This document shows, in pieces, positions 20,601 to 28,654 of a DNA stretch of 64,000 nucleotides (position 1 is its first letter; every line of letters begins with the position of its first letter). The notes below the pieces were generated by a model. The model had not been told where the DNA came from. It saw only the letters and a program-made list of their open reading frames with translations, and searched no databases. The DNA comes from Thecamonas trahens ATCC 50062. Its lineage: Eukaryota; Protista; Apusomonadida. Location: positions 52,327 to 116,326 of the forward strand of contig NW_013657656.1 of the NCBI RefSeq assembly GCF_000142905.1, given 5' to 3'. A program made the position numbers and the translations under genes.

Positions 20601-22479
20601 CGGCGTAGGCCTGAGCGTCGTCAAATGACTGGACAATGGCGGAACGGAGCGAGGATAGGCAAGCATCGCCACCGGGGCCGTACACGTCAGAGGAAGAGAG
20701 GAAGGCGGCGAGGTGCGGGCCATCACGCGAGAGTTGTGACGGCTTCATGCCCGAGAGCGAGATGAACTGGAGGAAGCCCTGGTTAAAGGGCACGCGCGGA
20801 AGGGCGATGAGTGTGTTGACCGTACGACCGACAAGAGCATCAAACTGGTCAAGGACAGCGGCCCTGTCTGGGGTGAACGAGAGGCGTGAGTTGGGCTCAA
20901 AGTCAAGGACGACGCGAAGAAGCATGGCGTTGTCGTGCCATGCCATGTTGAGCAGGCGTGAGAGCTCCTTAAGGGCGAGCTCGTGGAACGACTCGAGGAT
21001 GCGGTAGTCGACGAGGCGAATGAGCTTGCCGACAACGCGGAGCTCGGCGTTGACCATTTCGGCCTTGCGGGCGCGCTCGAGTGCCTTTTGCTTCTCGAGG
21101 AGCATGATCTGGCGAAGTGAGACGGTGCGGCGGGCGGAGGATGCAGCCGAGGCCGAGACCTTGATTCGCTCCGGATCACGGATGTCCTCGATGAGGCGCT
21201 GGACGCGGGCCTTGACCTCGTCAAGGACCGAGGCCAGGAGGCGTTTGACCTTTGCCAGCGCGTCGTCAGTAGCGTCGACAAGTTCTTCCATGGTGAGCGT
21301 GTTCTGCAGCTCGAGGGCAAAAAGGCGTGCGGGGAGAACGGTGCCCTCAATAAAGGCATGGACGTCACAGAGTGCGGCCTGAAACATAGGGTGGAGAACA
21401 AAGATGCGCTCGAGGAGGGCCTTGCGGTTGGCGGCAAAGCGGCGGCGGCGGACGAAAGCGCGCCAGACCTTGATGGTCTTCCAGAATCGAAAGTGGCGGA
21501 AGACCGGGAGCGCCGAGAGGTGCTTGAAAAGGGTGGCAGCGCGGACAAACGAGGCCATGGGTGTAAACTCGGTGTGGCCGTCGGCAGAGACCCTGGTAAC
21601 GCCGTTGGTGGAGAGTGTGTAGTACGCCTTGCCGGCGCCAGACTTGGCACGAGGGAGAGCACCGGAAGCGGTGAGGGCCGACGACGGAGGCGCTCCCGAC
21701 GTGGCCGACGTCGAGAGCACGGTAGCAAGCTCGTCCTTGGGCACTACCTGCAGCGAGTACGGATGGAGCGAGAGCGATGATGGGTCCTCGACCTCGGTGA
21801 GGAAGACAAACTTGGTGGTGTCGTCGTCGTAGTTCATGGAAAAGTGGATGATGGGCGCGCGCGGACCAACGAGCTCGTCGGTGGCGGTCCCGTGCCAGAC
21901 GGCCTCGGTCTCCTCAATGGCCAGGATGGCGTCGTCGATGTTGGAGACGAGCCGTGAGCTCCCGCCCTGGCCCGACAAGGGGTCCTTGACGTGATCGACG
22001 ACCGATGCAGCGCGGGCGACAGGCGACATGGCCGGCGAGCGCATGCCTGCCACCGAGAGCGAGCGCAGCGGAGATGGCGGCGGAGGCGGACGATACGCCC
22101 AATGGTCCAGATCTTGATCAGGAAAGTCAAAGAGCGGCGAAGTAAGCGAGGAGAGACGCGAGGTGTTGACCATCGAGTTGGACAACGACGTGGCCGGTCT
22201 CCCAGCCGCCGGGCCTGGCGAGCCATCATTCGCCCTAGACTGGGCCCTTGACCGACGATGAGCAGCGACGAGTGGATTCGGAGAGAGCGGAGTACCATAC
22301 ACAGGCATTCTCCCTGGTGATGCCCTTGACGGCGTTCTCATGACCTTGTCCCGCCTTCCTCCCCGTCGGCTCGACGACTGACTTGCCCGGCTTGACTGCC
22401 GTGCTGGGCTCGCCCGGGCAGCACGGACAGCCGCCCGGTGGACAGCTTCCACCTCTTGGTCGTATTCGACAAAAGACAT
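8677..22479 (-). CDS. Divergent axonemal-type dynein heavy chain (DNAH6/DNAH14/DNHD1-like tail) with degenerate AAA motifs, ~4600 aa, intronless
   Basis: Tail FRHFRFWKTIKVWRAFVRRRRF, MQPRHWIQIF; linker DFPRFYLLSN; AAA1 YGYEY..GPASSGKSET; stalk coiled coils with MTBD; C-terminal GVYVGNLVLENAAWD..FWRMRGVCL. Start set at MSFVEY (22479); the upstream ORF extension is C-rich leader overlapping the next gene. Confidence 0.88.
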   Translation of the reverse strand: MSFVEYDQEVEAVHRAAVRAARASPARQSSRASQSSSRRGGRRDKVMRTPSRASPGRMPVYGTPLSPNPLVAAHRRSRAQSRANDGSPGPAAGRPATSLSNSMVNTSRLSSLTSPLFDFPDQDLDHWAYRPPPPPSPLRSLSVAGMRSPAMSPVARAASVVDHVKDPLSGQGGSSRLVSNIDDAILAIEETEAVWHGTATDELVGPRAPIIHFSMNYDDDTTKFVFLTEVEDPSSLSLHPYSLQVVPKDELATVLSTSATSGAPPSSALTASGALPRAKSGAGKAYYTLSTNGVTRVSADGHTEFTPMASFVRAATLFKHLSALPVFRHFRFWKTIKVWRAFVRRRRFAANRKALLERIFVLHPMFQAALCDVHAFIEGTVLPARLFALELQNTLTMEELVDATDDALAKVKRLLASVLDEVKARVQRLIEDIRDPERIKVSASAASSARRTVSLRQIMLLEKQKALERARKAEMVNAELRVVGKLIRLVDYRILESFHELALKELSRLLNMAWHDNAMLLRVVLDFEPNSRLSFTPDRAAVLDQFDALVGRTVNTLIALPRVPFNQGFLQFISLSGMKPSQLSRDGPHLAAFLSSSDVYGPGGDACLSSLRSAIVQSFDDAQAYAELFSVVAPVHSFGVSWSASDYAAPWLEPDALQAPLDLAAIRADLTKLTKWDAMVSALHTASSRGMLLVDSKSLRENLAPIPIECKAEVLDLLTRIVAARIDTLSTRLEANIYKARGSPHSLTEYVRFAQFLATVPDEKEATRMLLDSIDAAKDLLLEHDVLLPSDTASDHSMVHSLFSQFLSVVAEAGNTKSELFFQYAGVLKTHVDALAASISSVAQALKAPHFASLTATPATLVAELDSLREQLASIGDHATEYAEYLDALGMPPSPVLELGDLTSQLDALAAVWKLSGDWAALELSFSSTPFVSLAEASLEQPVRELEARIAEAQATLPHHPVLAAIASKVAKLASAMPTLLELANPAMQPRHWIQIFAALGESYEHMSSSFTLPQLLSLDVVAHSDLVFQVSDIATGEAEIDAALENVASTWASTQLPTVPYSPDGRTVRKGMYLLAPLGDLLALLEADQLELSRMLSSKYVSGMQSQVEAIRLRLLSHSALLAEWETLQSLWRFMEPLFSSSTSISEALPSVAAKFKLVDRRFRMTMRAAAKASSLHEACAAPGLTQHLVDSRASLELAFRGLAAWLDARRADFPRFYLLSNTQLAHLYALAERPRALVRSIPLMSAIVGPGLSFQTSSSESAAVELIALDSGMAERLKFGRPLQTFGPPHTWLADALEASSKVLAAHVKSALASFDKFLCHDWVFKAPSQAILLVANIKFTEQVETALGAGVIGSGGDGGDSGAAVQDSAAETGKRNSSLRSGPVKPTLARLLQTYRQQLVTWAEIRSSPALAQHHAITIANYMVADMHRLELLRALITDDVGSIHAVQWTTQLRAYWDPALAMPLIRIQDAELSYGYEYHALVRYPMANSAALGTLGTTARWFASGSALGLAGPASSGKSETLRELALVAGRRLVVLDASPLSAVEPPASASPMVAFAPVAAFLRGVAAGGLWGVVRHASSLPLPALSLLSAAAVTLSRSIALGAESLATVGEPRSFMLLGRELRMMPTAGLALTCSPPLGSSATATGAMVANLPACLRSAFEISHTAVPDMLFLLEAALYSQGFRGAKSLASSLFVLNNLMEAEANADDPASVASYGLGFVLKVVDLAATLRARVQLTKESIVVLVAITTVFKASLSDSAFSRALSLTEQVFVRKTHALPPPAALRRSVATKLAEQLGADDAGRVRKHPYVLLALELFPLLALSNGVICAARPDTERVVDGCAELLAAMMNDGADAYLAMMTSEATAAAVDSLPWATAASLLSASDTPQALLAAMPKVALGPAKVHHERHDFDTLTRAQLVGQYVIPPTGAPYWVPGQLAVVLGALATKAELEPAKLFWVVLHNVPPAVAADILAPAMVQLNHRSMTDAPDLDSSFSMGVPDSAGNQSQRPSHVALATAAAAQPSRVVLPQLVSPARITWGNGESLYLPANLRLIVIVNDRQFTPHKLLAAAPVVRVGIGASGGAWLWQQAFADWVTSLHLNPTREEYVHELGNFVSASLAAYAAAMLKMADAAGGADSAPSSPTRSFAAAEGNDKTAQLRIQTRYLTMPVSQLPEGALPLQVVADAILLWLRTLILPSTSPAALDALFGFALFRAVSSLLPAGATEFMGIWHRSLVSRLVGSLPAGTTLADAFMGNDGSVCTPPEEQVLDPLCESSPTPSYWDAPLMCAFEWSALALDHSSSIVLRGPQASSKGWLLEQYVLRRDDAQLIRVSLTEPQWSERLLGVLETHLMQYTSSMMGTAPGTRLLVVVDGVPSAGFSGSAYLEAEAIRVLRLVTKLAANGTTSAQPLLGSGKAPGAAFPHGELLETASYIPGTMLGDDRRVSQATSTAVRAAWEDGHRLTLCGVQFAVVVDECGSAASREWALVLERLYGSMAVVSTLSSPAAIEGILEVRAAAALARLSHDDDDKDASDEPREMDPEYAEIATKLARVTAELRLFAATKLASSAWPSQFAASLGAAVAVMESLGELETGLVTPELATLWWAEAMRLVYVAPLGETSVLGAALNLRLKALMDDEGLAVELPEVSDDDGGLVFRAHSVSGKVKMVTTKAFAMSVPTVREPRLAQLALPWLVFASREEERIGAPMVASGRTASSSLTRAQAVLGTMTPAEHQAMDVRRSLLEGELSGSAMHPGDLAQLGLALFGPRSSGALVVLRGPQSSGLALSRAVAGMHKSKLIEISGAELGDLEQRLKLCYIASGIEGNRVTVYVPAAVLERVLAPRADEESMALCVLSLLLSPSSSGALVTPFSQAEFRQLVGTRRSSGRASADALSNSREANEPLAFGVLVAQFNASVRQHLRVVVEGTEQMAVEMLARPRSSCTGSVWREAFVAAGRAGVVRRVVSLGEVRDNETYALNVVKDLTAQLPLPASSVSGVASVALDVCRRLESGSVVVSVARLIRLALTLYCDAKTYTGLTASRAQSALNTLQAAGERLQEIRNDVARFEPQVQAQLEEAEELTGLIVETETRLAGARGEMTEAEGTLMTARQSRDAQEAYMAAKLGEVMPVLDKYRDRLRLARAEDVSDLASVHKPFDGLVFTMEAITMLTGVESPNWKDVMELLGEANAPAFLEWARTYEPASMTDNMRSALKRMLAHDGVVLSEVAAASPPLGGDLCGWVQAVHEVAITHAKLRVQQATIDELDRTIKDAQDALDDAQEKAKHLGGRLQRLKSQKAKLSKSSLQASVSSSMEELQLMTSSMASVAPMAEALSAVQVEMSAREATLLGDAVVSAAQAVFGRAGEAAALESVVSTTLLVSSSLEERLGSMPAPLAEKTLPRPLVYCEARGSRGSGFGGEDEIAALPPSALLQRLPVAETAFVRSCGASGRWLLGALRETVYSAVTPVLVDPDNLGVPALRELEGDHDLREVHVSSPYVDHVVTEAMVSGRALLVHGFGRSLETGLTPLLRAVLAGVGYLETSVVGSKVGEGGESGDDSGMSSDDEAADPRSASEVFQDMMRAHARARSSELVGGDSSDEVQLVERVTVRMTVTSADGDAENRAVRRGFRLFLVSREREIEVPDVLAGSVHVVTFAAPPSVGEAHAVAMVTQQIKPALAKQVSDIATRLASESHLVSSLYSDAVEMLLTEKFVSKQTTLVDDNEALSGLALSMETFASATATVLKLEVRLRRLVALARESVAAEVAAVAGLWRGASRLQPAVVGLERLSSAVTSAASAIVASNGETPVAQLPKMVFDALMQSLPEDAGLSLAFFAAAEASDQTDAEKLSATEWRVLVDGAQALEDVKVEAAVLSTGSGVPSKPRESWLTAELWNMLGKLEADVGAFDGLLRSVVRDIEVWYTFIHSSAPLSASTSTPSIVERLSPLRRCVLVRLVRPDVLETAMRQVVKSALGVHFSSLGIVSVDEVGKREALVTVLVREAGRQVETWVARWWRETVLEREGANKARLVFVASGSEADIDVNEMRDELERGSWLVVFAASEACGRVLQCAAQVVGGPSGGRRVGWLRKKAPYGRIVVVADDASEVPGEIVRVADVVRVDWPRQLKRALLVQYATYSRLVASVGGSLPRVLRRVLFGLALAVAHVCVRRGMGAPHGFVDAVELSEGRVAAVVAWLRERLASLPHHEAEDEQAGAFVPFSELRSMVSAVMVSTVHGVDSAVLELVMEACLGEFLFDEKHALSASNHNMHPPPFGSLAYHVLYIRRAFPEVVPLDVLGLRNKLAVRLAELRLPVVVRERIAPVVDEHRGWRVACVGRHLCTINELTTLVQRVQSAVPVELPPRGSFSQPMFDHVLETEAAALGAVLNAMHVGLGRLLDVVRGRRELDAALYSQWLSLMDGRVPDGWASGADGLPLWRWLDQMRRKVAQMSNWRQHGLPVVVNLGLLHAPKKLLARLLVVATRTSGSDAPLHAFGFDFVVQRAGVIPREHPPVGVYVGNLVLENAAWDGGQKVLVEPSGHAVGNSMPVVWVRPVDVGQLSRDRLVYAAPLYCGDTSRVIIDMALPISGDESFWRMRGVCLRTE

Positions 22480-22717
22480 GGTGGTGGTGGCAGGGGTGGT
22501 GGGGGGTGGGGGGAGGGGAGGGGTGGGGGGAGGGGTGGGGTGGTGGGTGTTGGTGGTGGCGGGTGGAGGGGGGGGGGGGTGGCGGGTGGCGCGCGCGGGC
22601 AACCGTTGATTGGGGGTTGGGGGAGGGGGGGGGGGGGGCAGGTGGAATTGCAGACGGCGATGGTTGTTGTCATGGGCGATTGTGATCATCATGGACACGG
22701 GTGAGGAGAAGAGATGT

Positions 22718-24037
22718 TTAGTTGGACTCATCGCGGGACGAGTCAGAGATGGTGGCGGTTGGGGCGTTGGGCTTGGGCTTGGGCGTGGAGGCAGACTCGA
22801 TGAGGGCAGCGACGACCGAGTCGACGACGGTGGCAGAGGTGGCGGTGGGGGAGGAAAGGAGATCGTCAGAGGTGGCGGGAGGGACAGGCTCGATGGGATC
22901 GGCGGGAGCAGCGGGAGCGGCGGGAGCGGCGGGAGCGGCGGGGGCGACAGAAGCGGTCGTGGCGGCGGCAGCAGTGAGATGCGGATCCGAAGAAGAGGCG
23001 GGGAGAGTGAAGAGGGCACCCGAGCTCGAGTCGACGGTGATGTCAATGGGCGCAGTCTCGTCGTTGTCATCATCATCATCGTCGTCGTCGGTGTGCTGCC
23101 AGAGCGGGTGGTCCACGTCCGACTCGGACGAGACCTCGGCAAGGAGGCACTGCTCCGATGTGGAGAGCTTGACCCGGGTGGACTCGTCCATGCGGAGGGC
23201 TGCTAGCCGAGGGGTGGCGCGGATGTCAGCCGGCTCGGGAGTCTCGCCGTCGCGCAACACTGCAGGAGTGCGCTCGGCAGGCTCGTCCTCAAACGACGAG
23301 CCGCCGTCACGGCGGCGGGCAGTCCCAGCGTCCGAGGTCGAGTCAAAGCCGCCGCCGGCAGGCACATCGAGCGAGTCGTCCATCGAGCCGAGGGCGTCAT
23401 CGGTATCGATGGACGACAAGTCGCTGCCGTCGACCACAAACCGCGGCTGTGGGTCCATGTCCTCGTCAAGCGCCTCGACAGTCCGAATGTCGGTCTGCGG
23501 CGAGCCGGCGTACGCCCGGGCATCAGCCATGCGCAGCTCGCGTCGAGCCTCCATGGCCAGGGCATAGTCTAGCTCGGGAGAGGGATCATAGCCCAGCTCA
23601 GGCGAGGGCCCAAAGTCATCGCCATCGTACTCATGCCCGTTCTCCTCGTACATGTACTGCCGACGACGACCGTGACCACGGCGATGCTGGTGGCCACGAT
23701 CATGAGAACGGTGACGACGACCGCTACCATCTGTCGAGCCGTGGTCGTTACGAGAGCTGCTGGCAGCGTCAAACGAGTCGTCAGCAAGACCAACTACCTC
23801 GCCGACCATACGCATCATAGCAGCCATCTGCTTCCTAGCAGCAGCAGCAGTGGCCTCAGCCTGGTGAGCACGAGCCTCGGCTGCCCGGCATCGCTCTTCG
23901 GCCGTAGCCAGCTCTGCCCGGAGAGCTTCCACCAGTGGCGCATACTCAAGGCGGACAGCAGCCTCTACCGACCGCTCACGTTCAGCAAGAAGCATCTCGA
24001 ATGCCATGCCAAAGGCCGACACACCTTCGTGGGACAT
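22718..24037 (-). CDS. Hypothetical protein: N-terminal coiled coil, acidic disordered C-terminus
   Basis: 439-aa ORF with an ATG preceded by a C-tract, as in neighbouring genes. Confidence 0.65.
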   Translation of the reverse strand: MSHEGVSAFGMAFEMLLAERERSVEAAVRLEYAPLVEALRAELATAEERCRAAEARAHQAEATAAAARKQMAAMMRMVGEVVGLADDSFDAASSSRNDHGSTDGSGRRHRSHDRGHQHRRGHGRRRQYMYEENGHEYDGDDFGPSPELGYDPSPELDYALAMEARRELRMADARAYAGSPQTDIRTVEALDEDMDPQPRFVVDGSDLSSIDTDDALGSMDDSLDVPAGGGFDSTSDAGTARRRDGGSSFEDEPAERTPAVLRDGETPEPADIRATPRLAALRMDESTRVKLSTSEQCLLAEVSSESDVDHPLWQHTDDDDDDDDNDETAPIDITVDSSSGALFTLPASSSDPHLTAAAATTASVAPAAPAAPAAPAAPADPIEPVPPATSDDLLSSPTATSATVVDSVVAALIESASTPKPKPNAPTATISDSSRDESN

Positions 24038-24088
24038 GGTTGTGGGGGGGGGGGGCTGACAGCAGTTTGTGGTTTGGCTTGATTCGAG

Positions 24089-25613
24089 CTACGATGGAGT
24101 TGCCTCGACAAAGAGGGAAACGTGGCCGACGAGGCCGGCGTCGGCGAGGCTCGCGCTGCGGTCGGTGTAGAGGGTGCGGGGAAAATTGGCAACGAGCACG
24201 TAGCCCGAGGTGATGACCTCGTCAGGGAGGTCACAGGTGGCGATCCAAGCGTAGACATGCTGCACCTTGTGGCTCGCCACAAACCGCCGCTGGCTCTGAG
24301 CTCCGTCGGGAAGCCGGACCCGAATGGTGACAACGCCGTCGGCGTCGGCATCAGGCTCATCGGGTACGAGTTCAAAAAAAACACTCGCGCTCGGCAGCGG
24401 CGGCGGCAGCAGCAGCAGCAGCGGCAGCTCACCCCTCGGCAGCAGCAGCGGCGGCGGCAGCGGCGGCCTCGGCCTCGGCAGCAGCCGCCCCCACCGGCGC
24501 CCGGCCTCCTCGGCACGCCGGGCATAAAGAACGAAAAAAGGTCAGCGGCAAGAGAGGCCTCGTAGGCGGCGTCCTGCTCAGCGCGGATGCGGCGGTCAGC
24601 CTCGCGAGTGGCGGCGGCAGCAGCAGCCTCTTGGTCGCGGGCGGCGCGCTCAGCGTCGAGGCGGCCGGTCACGTCCTGCAGGCCGGCGAGAATGGTCTCG
24701 GCCGGGGTGTTGCCCTCGAACACTGCGAGAACGGCAATGTTGTTTGACTGCGGCGAGGCGACAACCAGCGCGAGGTACGGATAGGTGCTGGCCCGGAGAG
24801 CGGTGGAGACGTGGTGTGCCTCCTGGTGGGCAATGTCGCCGGCCCAGGCGATACACGACTCGTCGATACGGGGCACCAGCGCCGGGTCACTCAGCGTGCC
24901 CTCGCAGAACGCCGCTGTCTCGGCGTGGAACTCCGAGTGCAGATAGACAACGAGGACCTTGCCCTCGCGGGCTGCGCGGTGCACAGCCTCGGTAAACGGC
25001 GTGAGCATGAACGCCGGGTGCACGTCGCCGTATTCGGCCTCGAACGCTGCCACAAAGGCATGCGCTCCGCCGCCGCCGCCGCCCATCGTCGTTCCGGTCA
25101 CAAGCGACAGCAGCGGCGCCGCAAGCGTGCCTACAAACCCCACTGCACCCGAAAGAATCGAGAACAGCAGCGACGCGCCCATGCCAAGGATGCCCTGGTT
25201 GGCAGGCATGTCGCCGCCGGTGCTCGGACCCGCGCCGCTTCGGTCGACCGCATACTGCGGGCGCTGCCGCGCTGCCACCGCCGCCGGCACCGGTGCTGCC
25301 GCCGGGAGCCGGAGCCGCACCACTCGCCGCTGCCGCGCTGCCNNNNNNNNNNNNNNNNNNNNNNNNNNNNNNNNNNNNNNNNNNNNNNNNNNNNNNNNNN
25401 NNNNNNNNNNNNNNNNNNNNNNNNNNNNNNNNNNNNNNNNNNNNNNNNNNNNNNNNNNACACGTCATGTACGGCCAGGTCATGGAGCATGGGGATGGAGG
25501 GGGGGGGCTGGAGAGGGGGGGGGGGGAGGGAGGAGGAGGATAGGAAGGGGTTTGGATGACATACCTTTGAACTGGGCAACGAGAGCCTGTTGCTCATCCG
25601 TAAGCATGCTCAT
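24089..25613 (-). CDS. FAF2: UBX-domain protein, FAF2/UBXD8/Ubx2 family (UBA-like start, hydrophobic hairpin, UAS, coiled coil, UBX); interrupted by an intron, an assembly gap and low-quality frameshifts at ~24370-24545
   Basis: Exon 1 MSMLTDEQQALVAQFK then GTATGT donor at 25564; UAS (KVLVVYLHS..FCEGTL..YPYLALV); RRIRAEQDAAYEASLAAD; UBX (VTIRVRLPDG..QRRF..ANFPRTLY..SLADAGL..SLFVE). Confidence 0.8.
25343..25458. other. Assembly gap (N run)
   Basis: Run of n. Confidence 1.
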
Positions 25614-25902
25614 CTGTCCGCCCCGTCCCTCCACTGGTCGTCAGAGTGCTGTGTCATCCCCCTCATTCCCCTCATTCGGCTGCTCATCGCTCATTTGACA
25701 CTCCGCTCGCCGGACACTCTGCTCATCATCGCTCGCTACGGACAATCACACCCGTTTCAAAAATGCCCGTGGCTTTGGTTCACCATTGTACTGCATGGCA
25801 CGTCGTTCTGGGTCGACATCAAGTCAATCGCCATCGTCATCGTCATCGTCGCTTTTATCCCTATTCGGTACGGAAGGGACCGAACGACCGTACCGGTACG
25901 GG

Positions 25903-27336
25903 TTAGCTCTCGGCCTCCACCACGAGCACAACCTTGCGCTTCCCGGCCTTGATGACAACTCCGCCAAGCTCGCTGATGTCGCTTGCGGAGACAACTGCGT
26001 CTTTTGACGCCACTCGTTCGCCGTTGAGGTACAGGCCGCCCTCGTTGGCCAGCCGCTTGGCGGCAGACTTGGACGGGGCCAGGCCGGCCGCTGCTGCGAG
26101 CGCAACTACCGAGGCGCCGTCGAGCGGCGCGCCCGGTGCCAGCTCATGCCGCGGATAGGCCGATGCCGGCGCCGCCTCGCCGTCGCGGGCATAGAGCGCG
26201 TCTGACGCTCTGGCAGCCTCGCCTGCCGCACCCGTGCCGTGAACCATCCGCGTCACCTCGGCAGCGAGCGTCTTCTGCGCCCGTCGTTCCGACGGCTGGG
26301 CAAAGTGCGCCGCCAGCTCGTCCTCAATGGTGTCAAGTGAGAGTTCCGTCAGCGCGCAGAGCAACGTGCGCACGTCGGCGTCGGGCGCAAGCGCAAAGTA
26401 CTGGTACAGATCAAACGGCGAGGTGAGGCGTGCGTCGAGCCACACCGCGTTGCCCGCAGACTTGCCCAACTTGGCACCGTCGGCAGTGGTGAGGAGCGGG
26501 TAGGTGACGCCGACTGCGTCGGGCCGCTCGTGAGGCGTGCCGTCGCCGCTTCGCCGCCGCCGGATGAGGTCCAGCCCGGCCGTGATGTTGCCCCACTGGT
26601 CCGAGCCGCCAATCTGGACCGCCACCGCGTCCGACTCGTACAGATGGGCAAAGTCGATGCCCTGTACCATCTGGTACGCAAACTCGGTGAATGAGATGCC
26701 AGTGCCCGACTCGAGCCGCGAAGCCACAGCGTCGCGGGCGAGCATGGCCGAGACCCGAAAGTGCTTGCCGTACTCGCGGAGCAGCTCGAGCGCGCCCATC
26801 TCCGCCATCCACTCGGCGTTGTTCCGCACCTCCATCCGCCCGTCAAGCAGCTGCATCCGCAACGACGCCTCGATGCTCGCCATGTTCCGCGCCAGCTCGT
26901 CAACAGGCATCAGTGTCCGCTCCGCCGTCTTACCCGATGGATCGCCCAGCAGTCCCGTCGCCCCGCCGAGGAGCACCACCGGCTTCACGCCCACTGCCGC
27001 AAACCGACGCAACATGACCAGCGCCACCAGATTGCCCACGTGCAGCGACGAGGCCGTCGGATCAAACCCGGCATACACCCCCACATCCGCCCCTCCATCG
27101 GCCGCGTCCACCACCGCTGCTAGCCCATCGCGCGAGGAGCAGTCGACCACAAGCCCACGCGCCTCAAGCTCGTCCACAAACCGCTTCCCGGCGCCCGACC
27201 CCGCGCCCGTGCTCGCGCCCACAGCCTCACCGCTTCTCCCCTCAGAGCCCGCCCACACCCTCGTCGCCGCACATACACTCCGCCATCCCCGGCACTCTGC
27301 CCACGCCGTCCTCGCCAGTGAGATTGAGCGCAACAT
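25903..27336 (-). CDS. YARS2: Tyrosyl-tRNA synthetase, mitochondrial (bacterial-type)
   Basis: YAGFDPTASSLHVGN (HIGH), QIGGSDQWGNI, KLGKS (KMSKS), C-terminal S4-like domain; Arg/Ser/Ala-rich N-terminal presequence (MLRSISLARTAW). Confidence 0.93.
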   Translation of the reverse strand: MLRSISLARTAWAECRGWRSVCAATRVWAGSEGRSGEAVGASTGAGSGAGKRFVDELEARGLVVDCSSRDGLAAVVDAADGGADVGVYAGFDPTASSLHVGNLVALVMLRRFAAVGVKPVVLLGGATGLLGDPSGKTAERTLMPVDELARNMASIEASLRMQLLDGRMEVRNNAEWMAEMGALELLREYGKHFRVSAMLARDAVASRLESGTGISFTEFAYQMVQGIDFAHLYESDAVAVQIGGSDQWGNITAGLDLIRRRRSGDGTPHERPDAVGVTYPLLTTADGAKLGKSAGNAVWLDARLTSPFDLYQYFALAPDADVRTLLCALTELSLDTIEDELAAHFAQPSERRAQKTLAAEVTRMVHGTGAAGEAARASDALYARDGEAAPASAYPRHELAPGAPLDGASVVALAAAAGLAPSKSAAKRLANEGGLYLNGERVASKDAVVSASDISELGGVVIKAGKRKVVLVVEAES

Positions 27337-27819
27337 AGTTGGGTATGCCAGCGCCCGCCCGCCCGCCTGCTCAAATTCGACTCAACTTGACGCGCTGCTG
27401 TCGGGAGTGCCAGATGGCAGTCTTATTGGCGGAATTATTGGCGCGACTGTTGACCAAAGTCGCGTGGACCCACAGCAACCTTGCCGCTGTCAATGCACAT
27501 AAGCACGCTCTCATCCCTGCCTTTGCCCGCATCTATCTGTCTACAAAACCAGAATATCACATCTCCTGCCAGTACTCCTCTCTCCACGCTTCTCGCGTAC
27601 ATCCCTGGTCGTCTGCCCTTCAACAACACACAATCGTTTGACCAACATGTCGGACTGTCCCGGCAGTGGCCGCAAACGTTTTCCCACAGACCCACATTGC
27701 GTCGCCTAGTTGCCACCACGCTGAACACAGTCGCTCTCATAGCCACTTCTCCTCACGCTTCACCTTTTCGACTCTCTTCCTTTCTTTCTCTCTCTCTCGC
27801 CCTTCCACACCTTGTCGCC

Positions 27820-28615
27820 ATGGCAGCCGAAGCCGCAAGCCAAGTCATCGTCACACAACAGTACGTGTCAAGTGACCAAAATCGATACCATTGATTAAGG
27901 CATGCTCCCCTTCTTCCATACCCGCTCATTTATGCTCCTCGGCTAACCACCCACACCACCACCCCTACCAAGCATCCACTATCAGCCTCCATCTCCTCCA
28001 CATACGCACGCACACGCAAATACACCTTTTTATCCTGCTCTCTCTGTGTGTGTTTGTCTCTCTCTCTCTCCCCTCCCCCCCCNNNNNNNNNNNNNNNNNN
28101 NNNNNNNNNNNNNNNNNNNNNNNNNNNNNNNNNNNNNNNNNNNNNNNNNNNNNNNNNNNNNNNNNNNNNNNNNNNNNNNNNNNNNNNNNNNNNNNNNNNN
28201 NNNNNNNNNNNNNNNNNNNNNNNNNNNNNNNNNNNNNNNNNNNNNNNNNNNNNNNNNNNNNNNNNNNNNNNNNNNNNNNNNNNNNNNNNNNNNNNNNNNN
28301 NNCGCTGCTGTTTTCCCTCGCAGGTTTGGGTCGGTGTTGTAGTGGGAGGCCCTCCACCGGGGGGACTCAGGCTCAGCGTGCGGTAAAAGGGGTGAGTTAT
28401 CGCGCTCCCCCCCCCCTTGGATGGAAAAAAAAAGTGCACCACCACCACCACCACTACAACCACCTCCCGTGTTGACCCACGGCTGCCGCCCACCCCGCTC
28501 CACCACCGACCCACCATTGTCCACATCCCCACTACGCCTCCATGCCCGTCAACGCCACACACGTGCACGCCGTATAACATATTTTCACTGTTCCGCTATT
28601 CACCCCACATCCCCC

Positions 28616-28654
<39 letters not shown>

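Noticed and set aside
22480-23142. Pro-rich N-terminal extension of dynein in the 4821-aa ORF
   Set aside because: It is translated poly-C leader plus an alternative frame of the upstream 22718-24037 gene; the likely start is MSFVEY at 22479.
24370-24545. Programmed frameshift or stop readthrough in the UBX gene
   Set aside because: Multiple indels and out-of-character T-runs in a GCC-rich tract near a gap indicate low-quality sequence.
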